DNA of 55,342 nt from Fidelibacterota bacterium (lineage in GTDB: Bacteria; Fidelibacterota; Marinisomatia; Marinisomatales; TCS55): NCBI GenBank assembly GCA_027251445.1, contig JAPNQO010000025.1, positions 1 to 55,342 on the forward strand. Direction: 5' to 3'. Below are positions 1 to 9,404 of the stretch, piece after piece. Under the pieces are notes generated by a model that saw only the letters and a list, made by a program, of their open reading frames with translations, had not been told where the DNA came from and searched no databases. Numbering within the stretch: position 1 is the first letter of the stretch; the number at the start of each line of letters is the position of its first letter. The translations under genes and the position numbers were made by a program.

Positions 1-1325
1 CCAGGTTCATCCATTGTATATAGAGTTTGTATTTCAGCAAATTGAGTAGAATTAGGAATGAATCCTTTTACGCGAACTGCTATTAAACTCGATATGGTAA
101 GATCTAAACTATTTGATATTTGTGAAATTAGTTTTCGATCAGAAAATATTCTTCCTTGAGGATTTAAAGTAAATGATGTATCTAATGGAAAGAAAATAAA
201 TGTTGAGTCTTTTAATTCGGTCAGATTTAAGAATACATTACCACCTGCGGCAACATAATTATAAATATTTGAACTGGCATCAAGATATGTTTCGCCTCCT
301 GTATAAGCTGTATACCATATCACGTGGTCAAAATAATTTAATGTGGCAGAGAGATCTGTACTAGAATAGGGTAGTTCTTTTCCAATTTCCCATACAGAAA
401 AATTTAAATTACCTAAAGCTGTATCTAGTACACTACGGTACCATTCTTGTGCATTATTTTGACTATCTTGAACAAAATCATCCACTAACAACGTATTACC
501 TTGAATAGGCAGTACTTTCCAATAATCAGGCTCACTTGGATTGTTCGAATCAGGGAATTGAATGATTTCACTCTCGGCGCCTGCTATATCTCTTGCCTTA
601 AGGTAAAACGTATGATTCCCTGGCTCTAATTCATTCAAAGTAATACTTGAAAATGCTGCTGCAGATAATTGTGTCCAACATGTGGAACACGTATCGTCTA
701 ATGCAAAATAAATATCTGTGATAGTTTCAACCCCATCCTGATCCTGAACATCCCAGACAAATGTCCTGGTAGGAAAAGTGAAGCTTGTATCTCCTCCAAT
801 ATCATCAACAGATGGGTTGCTTCGGAATCGAAAATCTATTGTTGGTTTTGAATTACGAATTGGCAATACAATAGTTGCCGGCGTTGGATCAATTAATGTA
901 TCATTATCTACTGCTTTAATTTCAAAAGAGAAAACATCTAAATCGGAACGAATAGGAACATAGAATAGGCCAGATTCATTTGTAGTATAAGTCCATATTG
1001 AATCCACATTCCATTTATAATAATATCCAATAATTTCTCCATCTTCATCTTCACCCCACCAATGCAATTCCTGTTTGCTGGTAGTTATGGTAGTAAATGC
1101 ATGTGTGAGAGTATCCCATACAAAGTCTGGATCCGGTGTTTCTGTAATAGCATAAATGGATTGTCCCGTTATGGAATCTAGGGAAGCAAATATTGTATCG
1201 GATGCGATTAAAGATAAATAGGTGTTTGGTTTTTGAGGATCAATCGAGTTGGATAGATCATCGTACTCCCATATAGAACAGGAGAAAATGAATAATAAAA
1301 TAATTATAGGATATAATCTGTTCAA
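1..1325 (-). CDS. Partial (runs off left edge) lipoprotein with Ig-like repeat domains
   Basis: Not in the ORF track because it is truncated. Manual translation from TTG at 1325 gives MNRLYPIIILLFIFSC (lipobox) SIWEYDDLSNSIDPQKPNTYL...HWWGEDEDGEIIGY...HTFYLKARDIAGAES. The segments I translated, including the window edge (...AEIQTLYTMDEP), are open in this frame. Confidence 0.8.
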   Translation of the reverse strand, partial: MNRLYPIIILLFIFSCSIWEYDDLSNSIDPQKPNTYLSLIASDTIFASLDSITGQSIYAITETPDPDFVWDTLTHAFTTITTSKQELHWWGEDEDGEIIGYYYKWNVDSIWTYTTNESGLFYVPIRSDLDVFSFEIKAVDNDTLIDPTPATIVLPIRNSKPTIDFRFRSNPSVDDIGGDTSFTFPTRTFVWDVQDQDGVETITDIYFALDDTCSTCWTQLSAAAFSSITLNELEPGNHTFYLKARDIAGAESEIIQFPDSNNPSEPDYWKVLPIQGNTLLVDDFVQDSQNNAQEWYRSVLDTALGNLNFSVWEIGKELPYSSTDLSATLNYFDHVIWYTAYTGGETYLDASSNIYNYVAAGGNVFLNLTELKDSTFIFFPLDTSFTLNPQGRIFSDRKLISQISNSLDLTISSLIAVRVKGFIPNSTQFAEIQTLYTMDEP

Positions 1326-1332
1326 ATCAAAT

Positions 1333-1354
1333 GCAGGGGTTTTTCAACCCCTGC
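1333..1354 (-). terminator. 9-bp GC-rich hairpin (weak terminator or mRNA-stabilising stem) between the 1345-aa gene and the lipoprotein gene
   Basis: GCAGGGGTT-TTTC-AACCCCTGC perfect inverted repeat 12 nt after the stop of 1367..5404. On the minus strand it is followed by only an imperfect U tract (ATTTGATTT). Confidence 0.7.
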
Positions 1355-1366
1355 TTATTATGCAAA

Positions 1367-4300
1367 TTATCGCATGAGAATCATTTTTTTATGATCAATA
1401 AACTCACCTGCTTTGATACGATAAATATATGCACCAGAACTGACAGGGTTACGATTATCATTCATAGCATCCCAGCGTATTACATACATGCCAGGGCTAT
1501 AATTCTCATTAACTAAAGTACGTACTTTACGTCCAAGCAAATCATAAATGACTAATTGAACATTTTCCTGCTTACCAATTTCAAAACGTATCTGAGTCTC
1601 TGGGTTGAATGGATTTGGAAAATTATTGTGTAAAGCATATGATCGCGGTACATCAATATTATTGATTCCAAGCTCTTGCCCAAGATCAGCCAGATCTCGG
1701 ATTTGAATTTTATAGGTACCATAACTAAAGTTGAAAACTCCTGTTACTTGGGATAGAGTAGCGCCATCTTCCAACGTGCTTAAATAATTGTCCGCTTCCA
1801 TGGTAGCCATATCATCATCAATCAGACATTCTACACCTGAAGCATCTACTATTCCCCAATCATAGGCATTAATTGCCGATACCGTAACATTCGATACTGT
1901 CACGAGGCAGCCTTCATACGATTCTACTTCTTCTCCATCTTGAGATAAATCTGCTGTACTTACACTCATAGGGGCCATACTATTACCCGTACTATGAACT
2001 GTAACTTCAGACACATCAATTAATTTCGTATTTCCATCGTATTTAAAATGCCACTCTGGATCGAATTCTTCCACCATGCCAGTGACCGTTACTTCGTCGC
2101 CGCGATGTAATATAGAATTATCCCAACCATCAAATACTACACCACTCCATTGTTCGCTCTCACTTTGAAATGCATAAGCACCATACCCGCTATTATATTG
2201 TGCTGAATCTGCAGTTACAATACCTGTAACTGTTACATCACAGCCATTATAGGGTGACTCACCATTTGGCCAAGGTGAAAATTGTACATGATGTAATGTT
2301 AAATCACCATCAGTTGTTTCATAACCCAAATAGTTTCCATTTTCAGCATCTGGGAATTCTGAGTACTTAACTTCGGATTGATCTACACCATCATCTGCAG
2401 CTTTAACAAAGTATTCAAGGAATACACCTTCAGTTCCGCTAGAAGAAATCGTCCCCGACCAAACGCCATCTCCAGTAGCGCTCATTTGAACAATATTCCA
2501 AGCGCCTCCATCTAATCTGTAATAAACGCTTGCTTCTGATATTGTTGAATTATCTACAATTTCAGCTGTTACTGTTACAACATCATCTATGCCTGGCGTA
2601 CAAGGATCACGCGAAACATTCATAATATTTGGTGGACCTGCACCAAATTCAATATCAGAAACATAAAGTGGCTCTATTTTATATGTGGATGAATCTGCAT
2701 ATGAACCATAATGATTATATACCCATCCGCGTATTGAGCTAACGTAAGATCCAACAGGCGGTCTTCCAACCGCTTCCTGCCAAACAGAAATACTATCAGA
2801 ATCATCATCCACTTTTACTTTGCCGCTTCCATCATCAATAGTCCACTCGCCATAATCAAGATCATTTTCAATTACAATCGCATCAGTAGCACGAACCATT
2901 ACTGTTCCCCACTGCTCAGCCTCTGTTGGCCAACGTAAATCACCTGTTTCTACATCTACAGTATCTGGCAATTGAACGCCTACAGAAACAATATTAATCG
3001 GTTCTGTAATAAATAGTTCAGTCAATCCTCCTGGACCAGGTGAGTACTCATACACATACCCTGTACACTGTACACGATCCCCTTCAAAAAGAACGGGAAA
3101 AGCCGAACTATCCGGATCATAAGAAAGTATGGAACTCCACGGACCACCATTCTCGTCTTGGTAAATAAATTTTATTCCAGATCCAGCATAACTTAATCCA
3201 GTGGGCATGGTTACTATACCTTCAATGGTTACAGTATCTCCAACTAAATAAGAAAAATCTGATTCGTCAACTTCACTGGCTTTCATCAAATCACTATATA
3301 GCACTTGTTGTACCCGCTGAATTCTTGTTACGCCATCTTCCACAACGTCTCTTGCAAGTCTTGGCTGTATCTTCGTATTACTAAATGAGTAATCGAGACA
3401 ACCTACTACTTCTGCCAAGTCTTGTCCTGCCTCTGGCCAAAAATAATAATCCCAACGATCATCGACCCGAACGGAATTTGTTCCATCTGTTATGGACCAT
3501 TCGCCATATCCTAGATCTGGATCATCAACGGATATATCATGAACTGCTACTAAGCAACTTTCAAATTTTTCTGCATCGGTTCCACCCGTCATTACTTGTC
3601 CTGGAGTTACCACTGTTGGCTCTATCATAACATCTGCTGGTCCATGAATCATACATTCAGTTACATCTATAATCTGAGTTAATCCATAGTATTCATTTAC
3701 AGTTCCCGTCAATGTAATGCTGTCCCCTTCTGCAACAGAATGAACTGTACCTTGTGCAGATGAAAAATCAAATTCATCCCATCCGCCACTTTGATATACA
3801 ATGATTCCATTCCATCCTCCTGAAGCATCTTGGACATATAAGTGGCTATTTCCACCTCCCCAGAATTCTGTGGTAACGACTCCGGAAATAGTTACTTCTT
3901 GCCCATTTAAAGGGCTGGCATCATCCGTAGAAGGGTCTGCTACATATTGAATGTCATAAATGGAAGTAACAGTTTGAGGGTTTGTTTGATTTGTAGTTCC
4001 AGGAGTCGGTGTATTAAAAAATTCCCAATTTTCCGATCCATCTGGATATCTACCATATGATATATCATCTGTTTGCTCACCAAAACTTAATGAGTCCACA
4101 AATACTGTGTCCGCGCCAGAAACAAAAATGAGTCCAATATCTTCTCCGCCTGCGCTTAATTTGATGTCAACTGTATGTAATATGCCTTGGCTATCCTGGT
4201 CTTCATCTGCCCAAATAACAATATGACCACCTGCTGCTACCGTTGTAGTTGTCGCATCAGTCGTAGGAATTTGCTCCCAATCTGAAGGATCGTCTAGATT

Positions 4301-5404
4301 ATCTGTAATCCATAATCCTCCAATATCTACAGCCTCATCCCCTGGGTTATAAATTTCAATAAAGTCTTCCATCTCACCATTTCCATCATCACAACATAAA
4401 TCCGTAGCTGCTAGAAATTCATTAATTACAAGCTCAGGTGGATCCACTACATCTTGTGCTGGTGCAAAATCAGTATAATATCTTGGGAGAATTTGGTAAC
4501 CTGAATCATACGGATCTGAAGAATCATACTGACCTCCTATTCCACGAACATCAAAGGGAGCCGCCGGTTCATCATTTCCAATAATATCCATATCACTATC
4601 AATACGCAGGGTGACTGTAGACGTCCCTCCATCATCACTGATAGTTAGATTAGCGCTACTACTTGTTGGCCAAGTGCCAGATGTAATGCTAACACCATTA
4701 ATTTTAATTAATTCAGATTCATAATCCTCTGCATTTGCAATATAATCTGCAACTGTCAAGACTTGAAATTCTGGTAAATCGTTTCCTTGGCTGATTACAG
4801 TAATATCATCAGCGCTGGCGGGAATAATTTCTGCTTTCCCATTATAAAAATCTATTTCTCCTGTTACCTCTACACTATCACCTACGGCAAGCTCAACATA
4901 TGGTGCGCTAAAGTGAAAAATGACTATAGCAGCAGTACCATCCTGCAAGCCATATTCTGTATTAGAAGTTTGGAAATTAGGAGTAGTAACTATACCTCGA
5001 ACTGTAGCGCTTGACCCCTCTTCTTGGCTCCTAGCGATAGCAATTGTAGTATACGTACTTAATTCCGAAATCCATGTTTGTACTAAAGTTCTATTTGCGG
5101 AGGACATTAGTCCACTAGGAGGCATTGAGTCACCATAATTACCTCCATTGGTTATCTTATCATACAATATTGAGTTATTAGGGTCTCCACTTGCTACTCG
5201 CAACGCACCACCATAAGCATTATTGGAAGAAGCCACATCAACTAAATTATTATAACTTTGAGCAGCGCTTAAATTGAGCCCTCCACTATTGCCATGGCAA
5301 CTCGTACAATTCGCATTCCATAACGGTTGAATTTGAGTATCATAATCAACTGTTTGTGCAATTATGACTGTAATGAATAAGGGTATAAATAGAACTTTCC
5401 TCAT
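1367..5404 (-). CDS. T9SS-secreted multidomain protein: monoheme c-type cytochrome domain, 4 double OB-fold-like modules, lamin-tail domain, Ig-like domain and FlgD-Ig/T9SS CTD
   Basis: Signal peptide (VIIA|Q); CTSCH at aa 33-37 with distal MPP (planctomycete cytochrome c-like pattern VDY..IQP...C..CH...GDP..S.L...MPP); repeated 'GxVT...QD...GDxVxVTG' and 'E.yE..LV....v...KIQPR' units; LTD motif LVINEFLA..DFIEIYNPG...SYGRYPDG...TPTPG; C-terminal YALHNNFPNPFNP...SGAYIYRIKA...KKMILMR; SD GAGGAGG upstream. Confidence 0.85.
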   Translation of the reverse strand: MRKVLFIPLFITVIIAQTVDYDTQIQPLWNANCTSCHGNSGGLNLSAAQSYNNLVDVASSNNAYGGALRVASGDPNNSILYDKITNGGNYGDSMPPSGLMSSANRTLVQTWISELSTYTTIAIARSQEEGSSATVRGIVTTPNFQTSNTEYGLQDGTAAIVIFHFSAPYVELAVGDSVEVTGEIDFYNGKAEIIPASADDITVISQGNDLPEFQVLTVADYIANAEDYESELIKINGVSITSGTWPTSSSANLTISDDGGTSTVTLRIDSDMDIIGNDEPAAPFDVRGIGGQYDSSDPYDSGYQILPRYYTDFAPAQDVVDPPELVINEFLAATDLCCDDGNGEMEDFIEIYNPGDEAVDIGGLWITDNLDDPSDWEQIPTTDATTTTVAAGGHIVIWADEDQDSQGILHTVDIKLSAGGEDIGLIFVSGADTVFVDSLSFGEQTDDISYGRYPDGSENWEFFNTPTPGTTNQTNPQTVTSIYDIQYVADPSTDDASPLNGQEVTISGVVTTEFWGGGNSHLYVQDASGGWNGIIVYQSGGWDEFDFSSAQGTVHSVAEGDSITLTGTVNEYYGLTQIIDVTECMIHGPADVMIEPTVVTPGQVMTGGTDAEKFESCLVAVHDISVDDPDLGYGEWSITDGTNSVRVDDRWDYYFWPEAGQDLAEVVGCLDYSFSNTKIQPRLARDVVEDGVTRIQRVQQVLYSDLMKASEVDESDFSYLVGDTVTIEGIVTMPTGLSYAGSGIKFIYQDENGGPWSSILSYDPDSSAFPVLFEGDRVQCTGYVYEYSPGPGGLTELFITEPINIVSVGVQLPDTVDVETGDLRWPTEAEQWGTVMVRATDAIVIENDLDYGEWTIDDGSGKVKVDDDSDSISVWQEAVGRPPVGSYVSSIRGWVYNHYGSYADSSTYKIEPLYVSDIEFGAGPPNIMNVSRDPCTPGIDDVVTVTAEIVDNSTISEASVYYRLDGGAWNIVQMSATGDGVWSGTISSSGTEGVFLEYFVKAADDGVDQSEVKYSEFPDAENGNYLGYETTDGDLTLHHVQFSPWPNGESPYNGCDVTVTGIVTADSAQYNSGYGAYAFQSESEQWSGVVFDGWDNSILHRGDEVTVTGMVEEFDPEWHFKYDGNTKLIDVSEVTVHSTGNSMAPMSVSTADLSQDGEEVESYEGCLVTVSNVTVSAINAYDWGIVDASGVECLIDDDMATMEADNYLSTLEDGATLSQVTGVFNFSYGTYKIQIRDLADLGQELGINNIDVPRSYALHNNFPNPFNPETQIRFEIGKQENVQLVIYDLLGRKVRTLVNENYSPGMYVIRWDAMNDNRNPVSSGAYIYRIKAGEFIDHKKMILMR

Positions 5405-5425
5405 AATAACCTCCTCTAATTGGTA

Positions 5426-7567
5426 TTATTTTATAATAAGAAATTTACCTTCCTTTATCTTCCCATAAGATAAAGTTTCTTTATCTAAATTTTTAACAGT
5501 GAATAAATATAATCCTGATGCAATAGCTTGATCATCTTTTGTTATTAAATCCCATGCATGCTCTCCTCCGCTTAATTGTGGGGCTTTATATTCATCAATA
5601 TTATATACATCATTTCCTTTATAGTCAATATCATGTTCAAGTATATCTACTAAATCTCCTGATAATGTAAAAATTCGTATTTCTGCTTTGCGAGGCAAAT
5701 TTGTAAACCATATCATTTGTGACCTACTTCCGTACCCATCCCATTTTGCCTGACCTTTATATGGGTTTGGATATACACTAGGCTCCGAAACCCAATCAGT
5801 AGGGTCAGGTTTTACGCCTGGATATACATACCTTCTATTTGCATATATAGAACTTTCCAAACTTTCAAGATTTGCATCTGTATCACCTCTGTCATATGCA
5901 GTTATAGTATAATAATTCAGCCAACCGTTTTTAACATAATCATTCACAAACTTATAATGATAAAATTCACCATTGATTTCTACACTATCTGGTTCACCAT
6001 ATTGATCAACGATCGTTATTAATTCAAACCCAGTATTATATCCTATGTTCATATGGCTCGGATGAGATAAATCATATTCACCTAATAAAGTAAATTCATT
6101 ATCAGAATCATTCATTGTTTTCCGAGCACCGTATACACGGTACCCTTCAAAATCCATCTCGCGACTAATTGGATCAATAAAACTTTCTGCATTTTTTTGC
6201 CAGTACACTGTAACTAACTGATCATCTACATCAATTGCCATATTTGGAACTGGGGGAGGTTCCGGTAAAATATATCTATCAATTATTCCATCTTGATCTA
6301 AATCCTCATCAGGATCAAGAATATTATTACGATTCTTATCTTCCCCATTATACGCTCGTTGCGCCCAATCGGCATTTACATATAAATTTTTTCTTCGGTC
6401 TGGCGAGTCATCTCCCGCACCATTCCATTTTGCAGTAACGACTGCCATTACAATAGTACAAGAGTCACCTGGAGGTAATTCCCAAGAGGAAGAATCGCTC
6501 TCAATCGGAACACTTCCAAATGGTCCAGCTGAAAACAAGAAAATCCAGCTATTTGGTTCATTTGGATATCCATCAGCTCCGTACTCAGGACCAGTCCCTA
6601 ATGGTACAGAGCTAGATAGTTTTTGATATCTTTCATTATCATCTAATGGCATGCTATATGCTGGATATGATGAATTATTGGAATTTGTCCAAACCCACTG
6701 ATTATAATGTGAGCGTACATATGGTCTTGGAACATTACCGCCAAGCCAACTAATTCCAATATAACTTTGTGCCCACCCATCATCTCCATCTACATCATAC
6801 TGATATGCTATGTCTCTATTAAATTGAGAGTCGTCTCTGGAAACATCAAAACCATCCAAGTTATCGTACCAAGTAAAACCGCCCCCGGGTTCATATTTAT
6901 TAGTGTAGTTCATATTTGCAACAGAAGCATCTGTCCATAATCCTGCATATAAATTATCAATAGTTTGATCTGACTGATTTTTTATAGTATAACTCAAAAT
7001 AACAAATGCATCTGCAAAAGAAAAATTCCATGCATATGATTTGAGTGTCACATTAATTCCTAATGGTGTATGGTTTGGGATATTCATATCATCTGATGGG
7101 TCTGTACCATAATCACGAAACATTGTTTTAAAATCTTGATGAGAGGTTGCATAAGGAGAAAAATATTGGGCAATAGAATCCAGAGATGTGGATGATATAG
7201 AAGATTCAATATCTATATTTTGAATTGCAGAGAATTCAAAACCTTCTTGACCTGATTCGAAAACACCATCAACAATTGCAGATGAAACTCTTCGCTGTCC
7301 ATTTACAACACCTCCTACCCATAGTCCGGCATAAGAAAAATGTTCCACTTGATCTCTGAGAATTTCAGTGTTCTGTTTATATTGACATGACGGTAGTATC
7401 CTACCATCAATTTTATTCCATCCATTTCCCAACACACCAAAGTTGGTAACGGTAAGACCTAGCTGACCAACAGAAGTATATTTATCATACACATCAGAAA
7501 CTGATTGTGCCAAAATTGAAAATGGCAATACAATGATACTAATTATAATATAGAAAAAACTATTCAC
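5426..7567 (-). CDS. Secreted hypothetical protein with C-terminal T9SS-like sorting domain (VYPNPY type) and Ca-binding-like acidic motif
   Basis: GTG start with GGGGAG SD; signal peptide (SILA|Q); DKNRNNILDPDEDLDQDGIID EF-hand-like repeat; FN3-like PPPVP...VYW...FEGYRVY segment; C-terminal VYPNPY...IWFTNLP..IRIFTLSGDLV...WDL...ASGLY. Confidence 0.75.
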   Translation of the reverse strand: MNSFFYIIISIIVLPFSILAQSVSDVYDKYTSVGQLGLTVTNFGVLGNGWNKIDGRILPSCQYKQNTEILRDQVEHFSYAGLWVGGVVNGQRRVSSAIVDGVFESGQEGFEFSAIQNIDIESSISSTSLDSIAQYFSPYATSHQDFKTMFRDYGTDPSDDMNIPNHTPLGINVTLKSYAWNFSFADAFVILSYTIKNQSDQTIDNLYAGLWTDASVANMNYTNKYEPGGGFTWYDNLDGFDVSRDDSQFNRDIAYQYDVDGDDGWAQSYIGISWLGGNVPRPYVRSHYNQWVWTNSNNSSYPAYSMPLDDNERYQKLSSSVPLGTGPEYGADGYPNEPNSWIFLFSAGPFGSVPIESDSSSWELPPGDSCTIVMAVVTAKWNGAGDDSPDRRKNLYVNADWAQRAYNGEDKNRNNILDPDEDLDQDGIIDRYILPEPPPVPNMAIDVDDQLVTVYWQKNAESFIDPISREMDFEGYRVYGARKTMNDSDNEFTLLGEYDLSHPSHMNIGYNTGFELITIVDQYGEPDSVEINGEFYHYKFVNDYVKNGWLNYYTITAYDRGDTDANLESLESSIYANRRYVYPGVKPDPTDWVSEPSVYPNPYKGQAKWDGYGSRSQMIWFTNLPRKAEIRIFTLSGDLVDILEHDIDYKGNDVYNIDEYKAPQLSGGEHAWDLITKDDQAIASGLYLFTVKNLDKETLSYGKIKEGKFLIIK

Positions 7568-7650
7568 CCTCTCCCCGGTTTGGACTAAGTAATACTATAA
7601 ATCAAATTAATAAAACGTAATAGAATATACCAACGGATTGGATAAATGAA

Positions 7651-9402
7651 TTATTTCATTAACATGAGTTTGTGTGTTTTTACTTTGTCTTCAGATTGAA
7701 GAACAACAAAGTATATACCACTTGAAATATTTTCAGAATTCCATATTAATTGATAATAACCAACCGAAGTTTTTTTATCATGGATATTTTGCACTAGCCG
7801 TCCATTTATATCATAAATATTTATTGAAATGAAAGTAGTTTTGTCAACAGAAAATGAAATGTGTGTTTGGGGATTAAATGGATTAGGATATGGTGGATAT
7901 AGTTTAATTTCATTAGGAAGGAAATAATTTTTTATAGTTGAGACTACAGCACTATCATCCCAAGCCCGCCCTGGTGTGCCCATATCTCCATCACCATATG
8001 TAATAGATGATGCTGCCCAATTTGTATCAATACTGCTTTCACTACTAATATCTTTCAAATACATGGAAACACCGCTTGAGAAGGGAAATGTATTCCCATA
8101 TGAAAGACCATCAACAATCTTTTCATCCTGATCTAATATAATAATCTCATCATTTGTATTTGCTAGAGCAAACGAGGAATATGTATAATCAGAAATATAG
8201 CCTCCATTGAGACTTTCATCGCTATTACGACCTAAGACAATGTATTCACCTGGCTGGATTTCAATAGATGTATTAATTATATGGGTATCGTTGCTTTCAT
8301 CTCTAATCATCCATCCATTCAAATCAATTACAATAGAATCCAGATTTATTATTTCGAACCATTCTCCATATGAATCTGATACCGCCGCAGGGTTCGGCAT
8401 TACTTCTGAAATCACAATATTATAATCTGATTCATCTCCGCTTGGAAATTGAAACTCAGCAAACACGGGCAAATGATCAGATGCTCCATGTATCGCGTCA
8501 GCAATCTCTTCACTAACGGCGCTATTGGTTCCACTATTTATTGCCTGATTAAAATGTTGACCATCATTACCAAAAGCTGTATATGTGTTTTCAATATAAT
8601 TCATTTCATAAGATTCTTCCAGCACAGCCGAAGAAACAAATATCCAGTCAAATCGATCGTCCATTCCTCCATTCGCACCACCTCCAAATTGCGTAGTTCT
8701 AGGAGATTGAGTATGTACATCAGAAAAAGAACTATTATTATGCCAATGACCAATACGATTAATAGGATCAAATAGTTGACCTGCGTTATTATCTCCAGCT
8801 ACAGTCAACATATCAAATGCTGGTTCTGATGAGGAACTATTACTATAAATATTAAAATCACCACATACTATAAAATGAGATCCTGATGGTAGCTCATTTA
8901 AATAATTACGTAGGGCAGTCGTCTCAGCTAGCCGTTCTTGAGAATTACTATTCCCTGAACTAGCCTTCAGATGGACACCATAGATACGGAATTCAACCAA
9001 AGATTGCGCATGTTGTATTACCCATTCGATTACATCCCTAGTTCCTGAACCTTGGGCAGTACTTATAACCGATGTACTAATGTAATTAAAATATTGAGGC
9101 TTATAGTATAGTGCTATGTCTTGACTTGCTGATTGGTTTATAAATTCTGCTCCTAACCATTCATTTGGTTGAACAATATTTAACACATCATTTAAAAAAT
9201 GATTAAACCCATCATCCGCATTGACTTCCTGACAAACAATTATATCTGGCTGAATTTCATCGATAATTAACTGGTAATAACCTTCTCGATCATCCTCATC
9301 TTCATAATTCAACAAATTATACGTCAAAATTGTATGATTGGACTGCGCAAAAACACTATTTATTAAAAAATAGAATATTATAAAATAATATTTTAAATAC
9401 AT
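7651..9402 (-). CDS. Secreted endonuclease/exonuclease/phosphatase (DNase I-like) with lamin-tail domain and T9SS CTD
   Basis: Signal peptide (SVFA|Q); EEP motifs TYN, QE, HLKA, GDFN, DWIF, SDHLPV all intact; LTD IVISEVMPNP...GEWFEIIN...GTPG; CTD YPNPFNP...SGIYFV. Confidence 0.88.
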   Translation of the reverse strand: MYLKYYFIIFYFLINSVFAQSNHTILTYNLLNYEDEDDREGYYQLIIDEIQPDIIVCQEVNADDGFNHFLNDVLNIVQPNEWLGAEFINQSASQDIALYYKPQYFNYISTSVISTAQGSGTRDVIEWVIQHAQSLVEFRIYGVHLKASSGNSNSQERLAETTALRNYLNELPSGSHFIVCGDFNIYSNSSSSEPAFDMLTVAGDNNAGQLFDPINRIGHWHNNSSFSDVHTQSPRTTQFGGGANGGMDDRFDWIFVSSAVLEESYEMNYIENTYTAFGNDGQHFNQAINSGTNSAVSEEIADAIHGASDHLPVFAEFQFPSGDESDYNIVISEVMPNPAAVSDSYGEWFEIINLDSIVIDLNGWMIRDESNDTHIINTSIEIQPGEYIVLGRNSDESLNGGYISDYTYSSFALANTNDEIIILDQDEKIVDGLSYGNTFPFSSGVSMYLKDISSESSIDTNWAASSITYGDGDMGTPGRAWDDSAVVSTIKNYFLPNEIKLYPPYPNPFNPQTHISFSVDKTTFISINIYDINGRLVQNIHDKKTSVGYYQLIWNSENISSGIYFVVLQSEDKVKTHKLMLMK

Positions 9403-9404
9403 GA

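Noticed and set aside
1367..5404. Multiheme extracellular electron-transfer conduit
   Set aside because: Only one CXXCH motif is present and no porin-cytochrome partners are in the window.
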